From NCBI GenBank assembly GCA_964016885.1, contig OZ024763.1:4154001-4218000 (forward strand): a stretch of 64,000 bases of DNA, in the 5' to 3' direction. Of this stretch, positions 61,299-64,000 are shown piece by piece. Source of the stretch: Eledone cirrhosa. Taxonomy: Eukaryota. Numbering within the stretch: the stretch's first letter is position 1; the number at the start of each line of letters is the position of its first letter. The position numbers and the translations under genes are program-made. The notes below the pieces were generated by a model. The model saw nothing but the letters and a program-made list of their open reading frames with translations. It was not told the origin of the DNA and did no database searches.

Positions 61299-61815
61299 GT
61301 AAGAACAGGATGGAAGAAGTTCAGGGAGCTACTGCCACTGCTAGCTGCAAAAGGCTTTTCCCTCAAAATGAAAGGCAGACTGTATGATGTGTTCAAACGA
61401 ACAGCAATGTTACATGGTAGTGAGACCTGGGTGTTGTGTGTAGAAGACTTGCGTAGATTAGAAAGAAACAAAGCCTGCATGCTCCGATGGATGTGTAATA
61501 GTAATATACGTGAATGGCAAAGCATAAACGAATTGAGAGAGAGACTGAGCATAAGAGGAATCAAATGCTGTGTGCAGGAGAGGAGGTTGCATTGGTATGG
61601 ACATGTGATGCGTATGAAGGATGACAGATGCATAAAAAGGTGCAGAGCACTAGAAGTTGATGGAAACCGCGGAGTGGGGAGACCCAAGAAGACCTGGGAT
61701 GAGGTAATAAAAGCCGACCATACCCAATTGTACCTCTCAAAGGCGGTGTCACAGGACTGTGACCTCTGGCAACACGCAGTAATACAGAAGACCTGACTTC
61801 CCATGGGTATAAGCT
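61299..61815 (+). mobile_element. RTE-X-like LINE 3' fragment
   Basis: MLHGSETW...RRLHWYGHVMRM...GRPKKTWDEVI. Confidence 0.9.
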
Positions 61816-62440
61816 GAAGCATATAGACAATATGCCCCCACCTCTTCCCACTGCAAAATGGTCGTGGAGGTGCCACAACAAAAAAGCACCCAGCCCACAC
61901 TGTAAAGTAGTCGTGTAAGCGCCCATATATGTACAAAATATATATGTTGTCCATGGGAAAGACAAAAGCTGACCCAGCTTGGTTCCATATACACTACATA
62001 CACACTATATACAAAATATATATGATGTTTGATGGAAAAGCAAAGGCTGATCCAAATTGGCACCATTGTCATCACAACTCATGTTATGATCTACACAATA
62101 AACACATCAACTGCATTGCAAAGTGTTTGGTGATAGGAAGGGCATCTTGCCAGAGAAAACTGTCACCCAAAAAGGGCCAGAAGGACACTTCAGTTGTGTC
62201 CAAGACATTACAACCTCCCTATTGTTAGTGATTGACATGATAAACAATAAATAGTTGCTGATAAGAAGGGCTTCCATACAAAACCTGCTCAACAAAGGGT
62301 TGAAAGGACCATTCAACGGTGTCAAAGACATGACAATTTCCTTAATGTTAGTGTCAGAATAAAAAGCACTTGGTAGAGCATGGGATTGTATGCAAGCTAA
62401 AGGCTGACCCACCAGCCAATCTGAAAGGTCATTAATCTCA

Positions 62441-62630
62441 CCGGTGGATTGGCAGTATCGGTAGAGGGTCGGACGCCATGCTTTGATGCATAGAGTTACG
62501 GCCCTTGCTATTCTGAGTTCAAATCCCGCCGAGGTTAACTTTGCCTTTCATCCTTACGGGGTCGATAAAATAAAGTACCAGTAATGTACTGGGTAATTTC
62601 TGGCCTTGTGCCAATAGTAGAAACAATTAA
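62441..62630 (+). mobile_element. SINE family B, full length
   Basis: TGGCAGTATCGG A-box-like, GAGTTCAAATCC B box, GGGGTCGATAAAATAAAGTACCAG body, GTAGAAACAATTA end. Confidence 0.88.
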
Positions 62631-63232
62631 TCTCACTTGAGTACTCAATTGTTCAATCTTTGTTAGTAGGGAAAATAGATGTTAAATGATGATAATGATG
62701 GTAGTATATAAACTTAAGCCAACAAATTGCCAGAGTTGTTAGACTCTGGGATAGTCTGATTTACTGTATTTGTTCTGGCTCTTTCAGCTTTGAGTTCAAA
62801 ATTCCCAGAGGTCAATTTTGTCTTTCATCCTTTTAACCCTTTAATGTTCAAACCGGCCAAAACCGGCCAGAATTCTCTACCTTTTTCTGTTGAAACTGGC
62901 TGTAACTGGTCACTCAAACTGATGTTAAGGTATTGTTCTCAAAATAAATACTTTCAAAATCTCATAGATTCGATATTATGTGAGATAATTAAGCGAGATA
63001 AAGCCTTTACCATGAAAATATAATAGTATATAGAGAGTAATGTGGATGCTAAAGGATTAAGATCAACAAAAAAAGTATCAGTCTAGTAAATACTAGGGGC
63101 AATTTTTCCTCTATATTACATTTCCTCTTTCTCTTCACTCTCTCTTTCCTTCTCTGGAAGAAATCAGCTGTGCTCAGATCGAGCTCTTCCAGGTTTAAAA
63201 AATGCCCAAGATACTCCACCAGGAGTTACGGC

Positions 63233-64000
63233 TTAACCCTTTAGCATTTACATTACTCTATATATACTATTGTATTTTCGCAGTAAAGGCTTTAGCTCAC
63301 ATAATATCTCACATAACATTTACATTATATATACTATTGTATTTTCACTGTAAAGGCTTTACCTCACATAATATCTCCCATAACATTTACATTACTCTAT
63401 ATATACTATTGTATTTTCGCAGTAAAGGCTTTACCTCACATAATATCTCACATAACATTTACATTACTCTATATATACTATTGTATTTTCGCAGTAAAGG
63501 CTTTAGCTCACATAATATCTCACATAACATTTACATTACTCTATATATACTATTGTATTTTCACAGTAAAGGCTTTACCTCACATAATATCTCCCATAAC
63601 ATTTACATTACTCTATATATATACTATTGTATTTTCGCAGTAAAGGCTTTACCTCACATAATATCTCACATAACATTTACATTACTCTATATATACTATT
63701 GTATTTTCACAGTAAAGGCTTTAGCTCACATAATATCTCCCATAACATTTACATTACTCTATATATATACTATTGTATTTTCACAGTAAAGGCTTTACCT
63801 CACATAATATCTCATAACATTTACATTACTCTATATATACTATTGTATTTTCGCAGTAAAGGCTTTAGCTCACATAATATCTCACATAACATTTACATTA
63901 CTCTATATATACTATTGTATTTTCACAGTAAAGGCTTTACCTCACATAATATCTCCCATAACATTTACATTACTCTATATATATACTATTGTATTTTCGC
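63233..64000. repeat. Tandem array of about 70-bp units derived from a TTAACCC MITE end; runs off the right edge
   Basis: Starts TTAACCCTTTAGCATTTACATTAC; unit matches 28604-28675 and the reverse complement of 62975-63050. Confidence 0.92.

Overview
AT-rich, repeat-dense animal genomic DNA, most likely an octopod cephalopod (inferred from the SINE families, RTE LINEs and microsatellite load; not checked by search). Most ORFs in the track are artefacts of tandem arrays and microsatellites. Two real genes can be assembled by hand. The first is a minus-strand, 8-exon HIRIP3-like histone chaperone (ATG 44274, stop 10818, about 890 aa). The second is a head-to-head plus-strand gene whose single coding exon (48263-49846) joins an SLX4IP-like N-terminal domain to a PWWP3A/MUM1-like C-terminal helical domain. 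Probable non-coding first exons of two further genes lie near 4.0 kb (minus) and 58.3-58.6 kb (plus). The rest is minisatellites (several seeded inside SINEs or MITEs), SINEs, RTE/CR1 LINE fragments, and mariner, Helitron and Penelope-like remnants. The most striking unexplained pattern is a set of long fold-back palindromes with largely unrelated arms, at least six of which carry complete or partial type I hammerhead ribozyme cores. One of them also carries two histone 3' stem-loops with no histone ORF.
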